DNA from: Prasinococcaceae sp. CCMP 1430
Lineage: Eukaryota; Plantae; Prasinodermophyta
DNA: 34,051 nt
Assembly: GCA_013416795.1 (NCBI GenBank)
Contig: RQSC01001285.1
Span: forward strand, 1 to 34,051
Direction: 5' to 3'
In this document: positions 9,761 through 20,279 of the stretch, piece by piece
How positions within the stretch are numbered: the first letter of the stretch is position 1
Layout: each line of letters begins with the position of its first letter
Notes under the pieces: generated by a model
Seen by the model: only the letters and a program-made list of their open reading frames with translations
Told to the model about the DNA's origin: nothing
Database searches by the model: none
Program-made: the position numbers and the translations under genes

Positions 9761-10012
9761 CTACGCGCGCTTCGGCTTGGCCCTCGGGCGCCGCTGCGCC
9801 TGCCCGGCTCGTTCCCGCTGCGCGGCCTGTTGCGGCGTCGGCTGCACGAGCCCCCTGAAGAGGCCGGCGAGCACGAACGCCGCCACGACGCCCGCGGCGA
9901 TCGGCGCCACGCCCCTGATCTCGTACCTCTGGCGCAGCGCGACGAAGCACACCGACGCGGCGAACACGGCCGCGTAGAACGCCGCGCGGCGCGCGGCGCG
10001 AGGGGGTGGCAT
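9761..10012 (-). CDS. Small hypothetical membrane protein, 83 aa, two TM helices, C-terminal KxKxx
   Basis: MPPPRAARRAAFYAAVFAASVCFVALRQRYEIRGVAPIAAGVVAAFVLAGLFRGLVQ...KPKRA. Only 5 sense codons end in A/T. Two clear hydrophobic segments. Confidence 0.72.
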   Translation of the reverse strand: MPPPRAARRAAFYAAVFAASVCFVALRQRYEIRGVAPIAAGVVAAFVLAGLFRGLVQPTPQQAAQRERAGQAQRRPRAKPKRA

Positions 10013-10059
10013 TCGCGCCCGCGGCGCCTGGGGGCCGAGGGCGCCCGGGCCAAAGGCGC

Positions 10060-10123
10060 GCCCTCGCGCCCTTATGCCCTTATGCCCTCGCGCCCTTTTG
10101 CCCTTATGCCCGCGCGCCCTCTC
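10060..10123. repeat. Tandem array of eight degenerate 8-mers GCCCNNNN
   Basis: GCCCTCGC GCCCTTAT GCCCTTAT GCCCTCGC GCCCTTTT GCCCTTAT GCCCGCGC GCCCTCTC. Confidence 0.85.
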
Positions 10124-10684
10124 GCGCCCCGCAGGCGGTGCGAGTGCCTCCCCCGCCCTCCCTCCCGCCACTCCTGGGCCTGCTCCCCGCAACCAAGCAG
10201 GCCTCCTCCGCCTCCGCCCCAACCCTCGCGCCTGCCAGCCCGCCCCTTCCCCCCCTCCTCCCCCTCCCGTCCCTCGCTCGCCACAGCTCGAGCGACAGGG
10301 CGCTCGTGGCGCGGAGTGGCATGCGTGCGCCCCCACAACCAACCAAGCGGGGCGCACATCAGTCAGAGCACTCTCTGCCCCACTCCACCCGCTCCCGCTC
10401 CGCCCAACCGAACCCAGCGGGGGATGAGAGCAGGGGCGCTGGGCGGCGCGCCGCGGCCCCGCCGGACACCAGCGCGGACTGGAGGAATCATCCGGAATCT
10501 CGCTCGAGCTCGGCCGCGCGGCACACGCCTGCTGCTGCTGCTGCCGCGGCCAGCGCTTGCGCGCCGGGGCGGGCGTAGGAGCGCGACCCCGGTTTCTCTG
10601 GGGATTGATCACGGTGTGATGAAGGGAGATACCGGGTCTGCCGCGAGGTGCGCACCGGGGAAGACTGCGGACGGACCGGGGATT

Positions 10685-10714
10685 GATTTGATGATGGCGG
10701 ATTTGATGATGGCG
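10685..10714. repeat. 15-bp tandem duplication (GATTTGATGATGGCG x2)
   Basis: Seen directly. GGGGATTGAT also occurs twice nearby (about 10600 and 10678). Confidence 0.85.
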
Positions 10715-10957
10715 CCGCAAAGCCCGCGGCGGGCGCCAGGCGGCGGCGCGGGCGCGCGGTGCGTGGCGTGCTGCGGCGAGAGGGGGGGGACCCGGGGCGG
10801 GGGGCGGTGAAGGGAGGGCGATCTGCCGAGTAGTTATGGGGGGAGGGGTCTGGCGGCCAAATGCCTCGCGGGCGTGCCACGCCGCACGCCGCCGCGATCG
10901 CGCGCCGCCGGCACCGGCGTAGCGCGGCGAAGCGTGGGCGCAGGCGCGCGGGCGCGC

Positions 10958-11203
10958 TCACTTGGACCACCATTCGGTCTTCTTGCCGGTCTTGGCGACG
11001 GCGTCGAAGACCGCCTGCGGCTGGGCGCTCCCGCGCGCGGTCACCTTTTGCGTGTCCAGGTCCACCTTGTACTCGTCCACGCCCTCGTGCTTGCTGAGCA
11101 CGCGCTCGACCGCGCCCGTGCAGCCGTTGCACATCATCGCCACCTTGAGCTCGGTGACGTGCTTGCCGTCGGCGCCCGCCGCCGTGCTCTGCTCTGCGCC
11201 CAT
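10958..11203 (-). CDS. ATX1: ATX1/CCH-type copper chaperone (HMA domain), 81 aa
   Basis: LKVAMMCNGCTGAVERVL (MxCxxC), KVDLDTQKVT and VAKTGKK are the ATX1 signature. ATG in good context at 11203. Confidence 0.92.
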   Translation of the reverse strand: MGAEQSTAAGADGKHVTELKVAMMCNGCTGAVERVLSKHEGVDEYKVDLDTQKVTARGSAQPQAVFDAVAKTGKKTEWWSK

Positions 11204-11432
11204 CGCGCCCGCCGTGCCCACGTCGCGCGCGCGCCGTGTGCCGCCGCGCGTCGCACCGCGGAGCACAGCACTCTGCCCACAGCCCCGGATGTGAGGGTGG
11301 GAAAGAGAAAGAAGCGACGGAGGAGTGCTGCACACGAACAGAGGGCCGACTTTTCGAACGCGCCGGCGCCGCTCCACCAGAGCGCGCCCTGTGCACGCAG
11401 CCGCGGGGGCTGGGTCGGACCTGCGCGTCCCG

Positions 11433-12509
11433 ATGGAGGAGGGGGACGCCCCCGCGGGAGGCGCCCCCGCAGCGGCAGGCGTCGGCGCCGGCGCCGAGGG
11501 CGCGCCACCGGACCTCAGCGCGGCCCTCGAGCACGCACGCGCGGCGCGCGGCTGCGACGCCGCCAGGCATGCGGCGCTCGAGGCGAGGGTGGGGGCGCTC
11601 GAGCGCGAGCTGCGCGATGAGAGGAAGGAAAGGGAGGCGGCGGAGCGCAGGAGGGTCGAGGAAACTGCCACGCTGCGAGGTAAGGGCGCGGGCCGCCGCC
11701 TCGACTGACTGGTGCGCAAGGCTCGGACGCGTGTGAGGACATGCGCGCAGCACTGCTGACACACCTGTTTGTCGTGTGCTCTGAAACGCCCTGTGGCATG
11801 CCACGCCACAGCCGAAGCTCGTGCCTCGCGCGAGCAGCTTACCGCCGCGCTGGATGCCATCAGGGCACGCGACGCCGCGCGCGGCCCTGCCACGAGGCGA
11901 GCGGCCGACGAGGCGGCTGCTGCGCTCCGCGATGAGCGCGACGCGCGGCACGGAGAGATGCGAGCGCTCGCAGCGACAGTGTCAGCTCGGCTGGACGAGC
12001 TACAGGCCTCTATCGACGACGAACGCATAGCTCGACTGGAGCGGGAAGGAAAGCTGCTCGACAAGGTGGGAAGGGACATGCTTCGACTGCACGAGCGCGT
12101 GGATGGTGCCGACGCCCAGCGAAAAACAGCCGTCGCCGAGCTCACACGCGTGTGCGCCGACGCTTCGGCGACGGCGAGGGGTGCCATGAGCAGTGCGGTG
12201 AGTTGCGCTCCTGACACAGACGCTGCAAAGCCCTCCGTCGAAGAGGCGCGAGCAGCGAAACAGGCAGAGCAGGAGCGAATGCGCTTCTCGGCGGTCGTGC
12301 TTGAGGAGATCGCAGCTCTCAAGCGCGCCGTGGAAACAGAGGCCGAGAGGCGCGTCGCAGAGGATGCTTCGATTGTCGCCGTAGTCAATGAATACGGGCG
12401 AGCTCTGCGCGATGGTCTGAACATCGTGACTGCGTCGGCGGGCGGCACGATCGCAAGTGCGGCTAGCGGAGGAGAGCCGGCAAGTGGAGCGGGCGAGTCG
12501 AGCTCTTAA
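11433..12509 (+). CDS. SF-assemblin/beta-giardin-like coiled-coil protein; exons 11433-11679 and 11812-12509 (314 aa)
   Basis: DDERIARLEREGKLLDKVGRD and FSAVVLEEIAALKRAVETEAERRVAEDASIVAVVNEYGRALRDGLNIV follow the SF-assemblin C-terminal pattern. Phase-1 intron GTAAGG..CTGAC..CACAG joins in frame. Confidence 0.75.
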
Positions 12510-12803
12510 GCGCCGCCAACGCTGCCACCCCAGCCGACCATTGTCGGCAGCCCTCTTAGGCCCATCCTCGAGAGCCGATGAACACTAATAAGAACGCCAC
12601 ATGAGCATGCAGTGTGTCCACTCGTAATCATTCCACGGTCGGTTACGTGTGCCCGAGTGTCAGCGGAGAGTTGGCTGAGATTCTGCGCTTCGAGTGACAG
12701 GCACGGCCGGTGCCTCGCGCGTGGGTCTTGCGTGTTGCTCTGCCCTCGGCGCGCCGGGCGATCGCCGGGGGCGTAGCGCAGCCTCCACCCGGACGCGCCG
12801 ATC

Positions 12804-13840
12804 TTACCGCCGCCCTACAACAATAGCAGCGACGACGACCGCGCCCATGCCCAAGAGGAGCTTGCCTATCTTGCCGCCCGACCGCTTGGACGGCCCCGCT
12901 GTACCGTCCGTCACGCCCGTCGAGGCCGAGCTCGTCGCCGCGCCCGCGTTGGTCGTGGCGCTGCGTTTGGACCTGAAGGTGATCATTAGCTGGATCCTCC
13001 CCCACACCTGCGGTGGGCTGCCGCCGGTGCCAGGGCTGAAAAGCTTGAACCACTGTCTCGCCAAGACACGATTCGCGCGCACGAGCGCGCGGCCAGCGTC
13101 GGGTCAGCTGCCTGCGGGCGACAGGGCTCGCTCGCGTGCGTGCGAGAGCTCACGCGCTCGGCCGTTCGCGACCAGCGCGTGCACGCGCACACAAATCGGT
13201 GTGCACGGTGGCAGCGCCAAGTGGCGCACCTTGTTGCACGAGCCAGCCTCGATGATGTCATGCACGAAAATCCCACCCCCCGCGATGTTAGTGACGCGGC
13301 CCTGCCCCTTCGACGTCACGAGTTTGATTTGCAGCTCGGTGTTCTCCGGGAGCACATCCAGCCTCAGGTTCTGCGCGAGCACGACGCCGCTTTTGGTGCA
13401 GGTCCGCGCTTCCGTCGCGCGCCGCAGCACGGGAATGCCGACGCCCACCAGTTCGAGCTTCAGGAAGGCATCCTTGCCGGCCAGGGCGAATGGCTCCTTG
13501 TCGACACGCGCCTCTTGCACTGCAAGGCGCGAGCCCACAAAAGGAGGCCGCCAGCGCCAACGACCACGCACGAGAGGACGCCAAGAGCGCGCAGGCGGAG
13601 GCGGCCACGCCATGCGCACCAGCGTCAGCACGCAGCACGCGCACAGGAGGGCAGATTGCGGGCGGAGGGGATGCCGGTTGGCTGGCGGGTGCGCGCAAGA
13701 GGTGGGATGAACCAATGGCAGGTTGGTCGGCGCGCGGGCCAGGGCGCGGGCATGTGCGCCGCGTCGCGCCGGGCGCGCGCGCGCGCACGCGCACCCTCCA
13801 CCAGGAGCTTGCCAAGGGCCTTGTCTTTAGAGCTCCCCAT
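12804..13840 (-). CDS. C2-domain protein with C-terminal TM anchor; exons 13840-13795, 13519-13230 and 13052-12804
   Basis: Spliced LGKLLVE|VQEARV...AFLKLEL...ELQIKLV...NK|WFKL...GRIQLMITF follows C2 beta-strand periodicity. Ends in KLLLGMGAVVVAAIVVGRR. Both introns are GTGCGC..CAG and in frame; the start could lie further upstream. Confidence 0.75.
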
Positions 13841-14550
13841 TGCTCCCTCACCGCGCCGCGCTTCTCGCCGCGCCTGTGGCGACCACCCGCACACCCCCAC
13901 ACCAGTGCGCGCGCGTGCGCGCACCGGAGCCCTCAGGGCCGCGTCCACCACCGCATCGCGCTCATTGAGCTCAATGAGCACAGAGGGCGTCCTTTTTGTT
14001 GGACTGTGCTACATTGCCAGGTGCAAGCTCCAACGCAGCTAGGGGCATTTTCTTCCCCACAGGGGTTGGCTGCGACTCTTTCCGCCGAACCCGGAATTCG
14101 TCCTCAAACTGCCGGCTGGAGTGCCAGTCATCGTCATTGCCGCACGCGAAGGGGGGAGAGGGAAAAGAACGGCGCGCCCGTTCCGCTCCGCTTGCGTTTT
14201 GATGGCGGGACGCGCCGCGCCGATCGTGGCCGCGGGGGTGAAAGGGCGGTGCCCCGCCCGCGGGGGTGGGTGGGTGGGGCAGTGCGCTGGCTGCGCTGCG
14301 CCGCGGGCTGCGGCCCCGCGGACGCCCGACTGTCGCGAGGCGCGCCCTACGCGCGCGCTTGTTCGCGCCCGCCTGGGCTCGGGCGCCCGTGCCGTGGGGT
14401 ACACGTACAGGGAAAGGCTTAATGCTCCGCGCGCGCCGCGGAGCGCGCGCACGGCGCAGGTGTCTATGTCGAACAAAAAATCGCGCGTGCCTCGAGCGCG
14501 CCGGCGTCCCTCTGCCGCTGCAGCCTGCCGAGGCACGCGCGCTGAGACGC

Positions 14551-15343
14551 TCACTGCTCCCACCAAGTGCTCACTGGGCGCTGTCTGTGGATCTTCTTCT
14601 GCAGCTGCAAAAGGCCGAACAGCAGCGCCTCGGCCGTGGGCGGGCAGCCAGGCACGTAGATGTCCACCGGCACGACACGGTCGCACCCGCGCACCACCGA
14701 GTAAGAGTAGTGGTAGTAACCGCCGCCGTTGGCGCAGCTGCCCATGGACACCACCCACCTAGGCTCCGGCATCTGCTCGTACACGCGACGCAGGGCGGGG
14801 GCCATCTTGTTGGTGAGCGTTCCAGCGACAATCATGACGTCCGACTGGCGCGGCGACGGGCGGAACAGCATGCCAAAACGGTCCAAGTCGTATCGCGCGG
14901 CGCCAGCGTGCATCATCTCAACGGCGCAGCATGCCAGGCCAAAGGTCATGGGCCAGAGCGAGCCCTGTATGCCATCGCGGTCGAGCGTTCCGCGGCGCGC
15001 GCGACAGGCGACGCGTCAGCGCGCAGGCGAGCGCAGTGCACGCGCGGCGCTTTCGGGTTGAACGGCTCGCCAGGCGAAAAGAGTCCAGGTGGCGCCCACC
15101 GCAGCCCGCGCGCCGCGGCAGCACGCGTCGCACCTTCCGCGCCCAGTTGACCAGGTGATCAAGCGACGACAGCACATAGTCGCTCCTCGACGACGGCACC
15201 GCCGCGGCCGACGGCACCGCCGCCGCGCGCAGCGCGAGCGCTGCAGGCGCCGATAAGACCCGTGCAATCCCATGTCTCAGACTGATGGCTACCGACGCCG
15301 AGCTCAGCGCCGACCAGAGGCGCGAGCTCGCCGCGCGAAGCAT
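14551..15343 (-). CDS. NDUFS7: NADH:ubiquinone oxidoreductase PSST / 20 kDa subunit; exons 15343-15134 and 14964-14551 (207 aa)
   Basis: NWARK|[68 protein letters not shown]. Mitochondrial presequence [13 protein letters not shown]. Confidence 0.97.
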
Positions 15344-15929
15344 GCCCGCCCGCGGCCCCTCGAACAGCGGGGCAGCGCCGCGCGCTGAACGCGCGACCGC
15401 TGTGGCGCACGCCGGCCCTCGCCCTCGTCCCCCTCGCCCCCCTCCCCCCCACCCGCCCCCCACCCACGCCGCATGCCAAGTTGCCAACCCTAAATCGCGG
15501 CATTTTCCGCCCCATCGGCGCGCAGGCGCCCTGAGCGCCCCCGGATCGCCACCGCCGCGGAAAATGCGGTCCGCGCGCGCACCAAACCTTCCTGCCGTCG
15601 TTCCTCTCCACATGGAAACACACAACATCACATCCCACACTCCGCGGAAGCCAACGCAAGCGGCACTTCGCGGGAGAGCAATTCGCCGCGCGGCGAACAA
15701 AATTTACGCCGAGCGCGCCGGCTGCGCCCCACCATCAAATCGCATGCGCACCCGCGCCCGCGCTCGGCGCGCCGCCGGCGTGATTCAGATTTCGCCCCGC
15801 GCTGGATCCTTTGCGCATATTTGATCGCCGCGGGTTCGCGCGCACGGGGCGCGCCGCGCGCCGCCGTCGCTGCGCGGCAGCCCGCAAAGCAACATGAGAC
15901 ATGGTGTAATGTGAACCCTTTCACTCGCG

Positions 15930-15954
15930 TAAACCGTATATATATCACGGTTTA
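15930..15954. promoter_or_regulatory. TATA-like element within an 8-bp inverted repeat in the NDUFS7 / cytochrome c divergent intergenic region
   Basis: TAAACCGT-atatatatc-ACGGTTTA, an AT-rich island between two divergent starts. Confidence 0.4.
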
Positions 15955-16187
15955 TCGTCTTTTTCGAGCGGGCGTTCCGCGAGCTGGAGCGCGGCAGCCG
16001 CCGCCGCCGGCGCCACGCGCGCGCGCATGGCGTGGCACGAGGTGCGGAGAGGCGAGGGGTGGATGCGAGGATGGTGTGTGGGTGAGGGGGAGAGGGGGGG
16101 CGCCGCGTCACACAGCGCGCTCGAGGCGCCAATCCATCCTCCCCCTTTCTCCTCTCTCTCCCCCACTTTCCCCTCCCCGCGCTGGCC

Positions 16188-16760
16188 ATGTCGACCTTCG
16201 CCGACGCCCCGGAGGGCAACCCGACCAAGGGCGCGAAAATCTTCAAGACCAAGTGCGCGCAGTGTCACGTCGCCGAGAAGGGCGGCGGCCACAAGCAGGG
16301 CCCGAACCTCGGCGGCCTGTTCGGGCGCATCTCGGGCACCACCCTAGGCTACGCATACTCGGACGCCAACAAGAACAAGGGCGTCAACTGGTCGGAGGAG
16401 ACCCTCTATGACGTGCGTCGCGCCGCGCCGCGGCAAGCCCTGGGATCTGCGCGGTCATCGCCGGCGTGACAGCGCCTCAGTCCGCGCTGCGTGGCGCGCG
16501 CTGACATCGCCTCCCTCGTGCGCCCACGCAGTACCTCCTCAACCCCAAGAAGTACATCCCGGGCACCAAGATGGTGTTTGCCGGCCTCAAGAAGCCGCAG
16601 GACAGGGCCGATCTCATCGTACGTGCGCCGCTGTGCCGCCTCCGTCGCCGCGCGACCGCTCCGGGCCGTGGTCCTCCCTGGCAGCGGCCGCCGGACGCTG
16701 ACGCCCGCGCCGCTCGCTCGCTCGCTCCCGCAGGCCCACCTCAAGAGCGCGACTGCGTGA
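16188..16760 (+). CDS. CYC1: Mitochondrial cytochrome c; exons 16188-16412, 16532-16618 and 16734-16760 (112 aa)
   Basis: [15 protein letters not shown] (CxxCH), [39 protein letters not shown]|AHLKSATA. Both phase-0 introns have CTGAC branch points. Confidence 0.98.
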
Positions 16761-17470
16761 GCAGGAGCCTCCGCGCCGACCGATCGCGGCACTGCCTCGA
16801 CTGCGAGCGCCGCAGCTGCCGCGGCGGCCGACACCCACGGCATTGGCCTTCTTTTTTTCCCAGCGCAAACACAGACCTTCTTCCGGTAAAGACTCGCCCC
16901 ATTGGCGACACCTCCCGCGCGTCGGTGCGCGCGCCGGCGCGGCCACGATGCATCAACCACCCATCCCACCACCGCACTCACACACACACAGAGCTCACAC
17001 CCCTCCGTCGCCTCCTCCTCGCCCTCCCTGCCCCCTCGGCGCCGCCGCCGCCTCAAACCTCAAATTCGGCGAGCGAGTGCGCGCGCAACGAGTGCAAAAA
17101 AAAATCTGGCGCTTGCCCCCGCCGTGGGCACGCCGCAGCTCCCTCCGCGCTGAAACCCTCTCCTCCAGCCGCGCACGGATGGAGATTTGAATGACCGCGC
17201 CCGCGGCCCGCGCGCGGCGCGCGGCCCTGCGCAACCAGCGAACGATCCATGAGAAAAGTCATGAGTCTCTCCGGCCGGACGGCGCGGGCCAAAAAACGCC
17301 GGCAAAAAAAAAAAAAAACGGCGTGAGGCGGGGCTTGGATAAGGCGCGTGCCGAAGGTGCGCCGGATCGGCCAGCCAAGCGTGCGCCCGCGCCAGGGCGC
17401 GGGGCGCGACAAGGCGCGGCGCCACTCCTAGCGGCGGTGGCGCGGGCGGGCCACGGCTGGGCGAAGGGAG

Positions 17471-20279
17471 ATGGCCGCGACGGGGAGGCGTCGACGCGCG
17501 CCGCGCACGCCGCGGGCGCGCGGTGCATCGGCGCGTAGCCGCGGCCGCTGCTGCGTCGTTCCCCACAGGCGCGAGGAGGGCGCAGGTGGAGCTTCCGGTG
17601 GTGGCGCTCAGGCTGACACCCGCGGAGGCGCTTGCCGAGGAGGCGGAAGATCTTGTCAAGGGGGCCATCGCGGGCGGCTGCAACCTCGTCGTGCTCGATG
17701 ACGGCACAGAGGCTGATGGCGCGGGCGCGCTGTACGAAGCCGCCGTTGCGCTCAGCGGCACGTGCCGTGGCAGGGCGATGCTGCTCGTTGCGAACCGCCC
17801 GGACATCGCCTCGGCGGCGGGCGCGCAGGGCGTCGCACTCACCTCGGGGGGGCTTCCTATCGCGGTCGCGCGGCGCGGGCTGCAGCTTGGCGCGGCCGAG
17901 GACGCCAAGACGGCGCCCGTCGTCGCGACCATCGCCACCACGGCTGACGACGCGACCACGGCGGCCAAGGAAGGAACCGACTTGGTGATCGTAAGCGCGG
18001 AGAGCAGCAGCGGCGACACGGACGCCGATGCGCTGTCAAAAATGATCGCCGACGCGCGCGCGCGCATGTCCGTGCCACTCGTCGCCGGCTGTAACGGCGA
18101 TGCGGCCACCGCCGCCGACGTCGCGGCGAAGTGCGCCGCCGACGGTGCCATCGTGCGTGCTTCGCGGCTCAGCGGCGCCGACGCCCGTGACGCCATGGGG
18201 CAGCTCGCGTCCGCCATCGCCGCGTGCACGCAGGACTCTGTGGGCTTTGACGACGCCCCCACCGAGGGCTCGACGGACGAGGAGAGCGACGGAGAGCAGC
18301 AGGCGGCTGCCTCGGCGGGCGAGGAGGCGGTCGCAGACGCCCCCTCAGCAGAACCGTTCAGCGCGACGTCGCCTCTGATGATGGGCGGTGTGCTGGGTCC
18401 CGAGGGTGATTCACTGGTCGCAGACGAACGCGCGCTGCTCGCTGACCTGGTGTCGTACCTGAACGCGACCACGCCGCAACTGGAGGAGTTGCCGCTGCTG
18501 CCCGACGCCATCGCGTCGCTGGATGAACTCTTCTTGATGGTCATCGTGGGCGAGTTCAACAGTGGCAAGTCCAGCCTCATCAACGCGCTTCTGGGCGGCA
18601 ACTACCTACCCACAGGTAACTTGCCCACAACCAACGAAATCTCTCTGCTCAAGTACAACGATGACGAAGCGCAGGATGAGCGTACCGAGCGCGACAGCGA
18701 TGGCCAGTTCGTGCGTTACCTTCCGGCGCCGCTGCTGCGCGAGATCACCATCGTGGACACGCCGGGCACCAACGTAGTGCTCGAACGGCAGCAGAAGCTC
18801 ACGGAGGAGTACGTGCCGCGCGCTGACCTGGTGCTCTTTGTGCTGAGCGCCGACAGGCCCCTCTCCGGCTCGGAAGTAGAATTCTTGCGCTACATTCGCC
18901 GCTGGGGCAAGAAGGTCATCTGGGCGCTCAACAAGGTGGATATGCTCGCCGACATGGGCGAAGTCGATTCGGCGGTGGACTTCGTGACGTCCAACGCGCG
19001 TGACCTCCTGGCCATCGACGACGTGCGCGTCGTCCCCGTCAGCGCGCGCGCCGCGCTTGCCGCCAAGGGCGACGGCGGTGTCCTGCAGGGCGCGGCCAAG
19101 GACAATGTCAACGGCGGGCTCAGTGGCTTCGTCGAGCTTGAGGAGTACATGGTGAATTTCCTTGCGGGCACCCCCGGCACTGGTGCGGGCGAGCCCATTC
19201 GCCTCAAGCTCTCCACTCCACTTGGTGTGGGCTCAGCGACGCTCGCAGCTGCCGCGCGGCAGCTCGAGGGCGAAGCGGCCGCTGCTGCGGACGACATCTC
19301 TGCAGCGGACGCCGTGTGCTCGCAGATCGACGACTTCGTCGCATCGATGAACAAGGACAGTGCGGTGCAGCGTGCGCGCGTCGGGAAGCTAGTGGCCCAG
19401 GCGGTCGAACGCTGCGACGCGCTGGTGGACAGTACACTGTCCTTGGGCAACCTCGAGGCGCTCCGCGAATACGTGCTCGGCGGTGACGCCACCACGTTGC
19501 CGATTGCGCGCGCCTTCAAGGGCGAAGTGATTGGCAGCACGATTGGAGCGGTCGAGGACACGCTGGCGGAGCACACCGCATGGCTGGAGAGCAATACGGG
19601 CGCGCAACGCACGGCGTACAGCGAGTACATCACCGAGCGCTGGGGCCTCGAAACGGACATTCTCGAAGCGGCTTCCGCCACAAGAGACGCGGCCGGCACT
19701 TCGCGCGATGGGGATACTGACGACGGCGGTGGCGCTTCGGAACCTTCGACGAGCGACGAGGGCGACGAGGATGCCACCAGCCAGAGCGGCATTGCCGAAC
19801 CCAGCCTGGCGACGACGCTCCGCTCGCTAAACTTCGACGTGGACGAGGCCGCCGCACAGCTGGATGGCGAGTTGCGCGAGGCCTCGATGGGCGTGTTCTC
19901 GGTAGCTGCAGGCGCGGCGGTGGCGGCACTCGCGGCAACCGCTGTGCTCCAGGGCCCTCTGGAGGACTTCCTCGCGGTCGCGCTGGGCGCGCTTGCCATC
20001 TACGCGGGCGTCCTCAACATTCCGCTGAGGAGGGCGGATGTGAAGCGCAAGGTGCGCGCGCGCGCACGCGCACTCACCGAGGCCCTCGATGAGGCTTTGA
20101 CCGCAGAGGCGAGCACGCGATTGGCGGCATGCGCGGAGGACGTGAAGGACGCCGTGACGCCCGGCCGCGAGGCGGGCGAAGTCGAGGCCGCGCGCGTGGC
20201 GGACGCTGAGGCGGCGCGCGCGGCGCTCGAGGACAGGCTCGCGGCAATCAGCGCGCGCATCGCCCGGCTCGGGCTGTAA
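17471..20279 (+). CDS. FZL: FZO-like chloroplast dynamin-superfamily GTPase; probable exon 1 17471-17522, main exon 17569-20279
   Basis: N-terminal thiamine-phosphate-synthase-like barrel, then VIVGEFNSGKSSLINALLG, IVDTPGTN, RADLVLFVLSADRPLS, LNKVD, two C-terminal TMs and coiled coil, which is the FZL architecture. A 46-nt GT..CAG intron would put ATG 17471 (Arg-rich transit-like peptide) in frame; that junction is less certain. Confidence 0.9.

Noticed and set aside
10600-10720. Possible box C/D snoRNA (GTGATGA at 10616, TTGATGA repeats)
   Set aside because: No CTGA D box downstream on the same strand and no terminal stem.
10958-12448. 496-aa minus-strand ORF ending in the ATX1 domain (apparent fusion)
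   Set aside because: The upstream 415 aa are the antisense shadow of the SF-assemblin-like gene (Ser/Ala/Arg-rich) and run through its intron; ATX1 has its own ATG at 11203.
15241-15292. 52-nt GT..CAG segment in NDUFS7 exon 1
   Set aside because: Removing it shifts the frame from ATG 15343; the unspliced reading is open and presequence-like.
10955-16763. Stop codons of ATX1, NDUFS7 and cytochrome c embedded in GTGAGC (donor-like)
   Set aside because: Expected from G-ending codons plus TGA plus G in a GC-rich genome; all three proteins are already full length.
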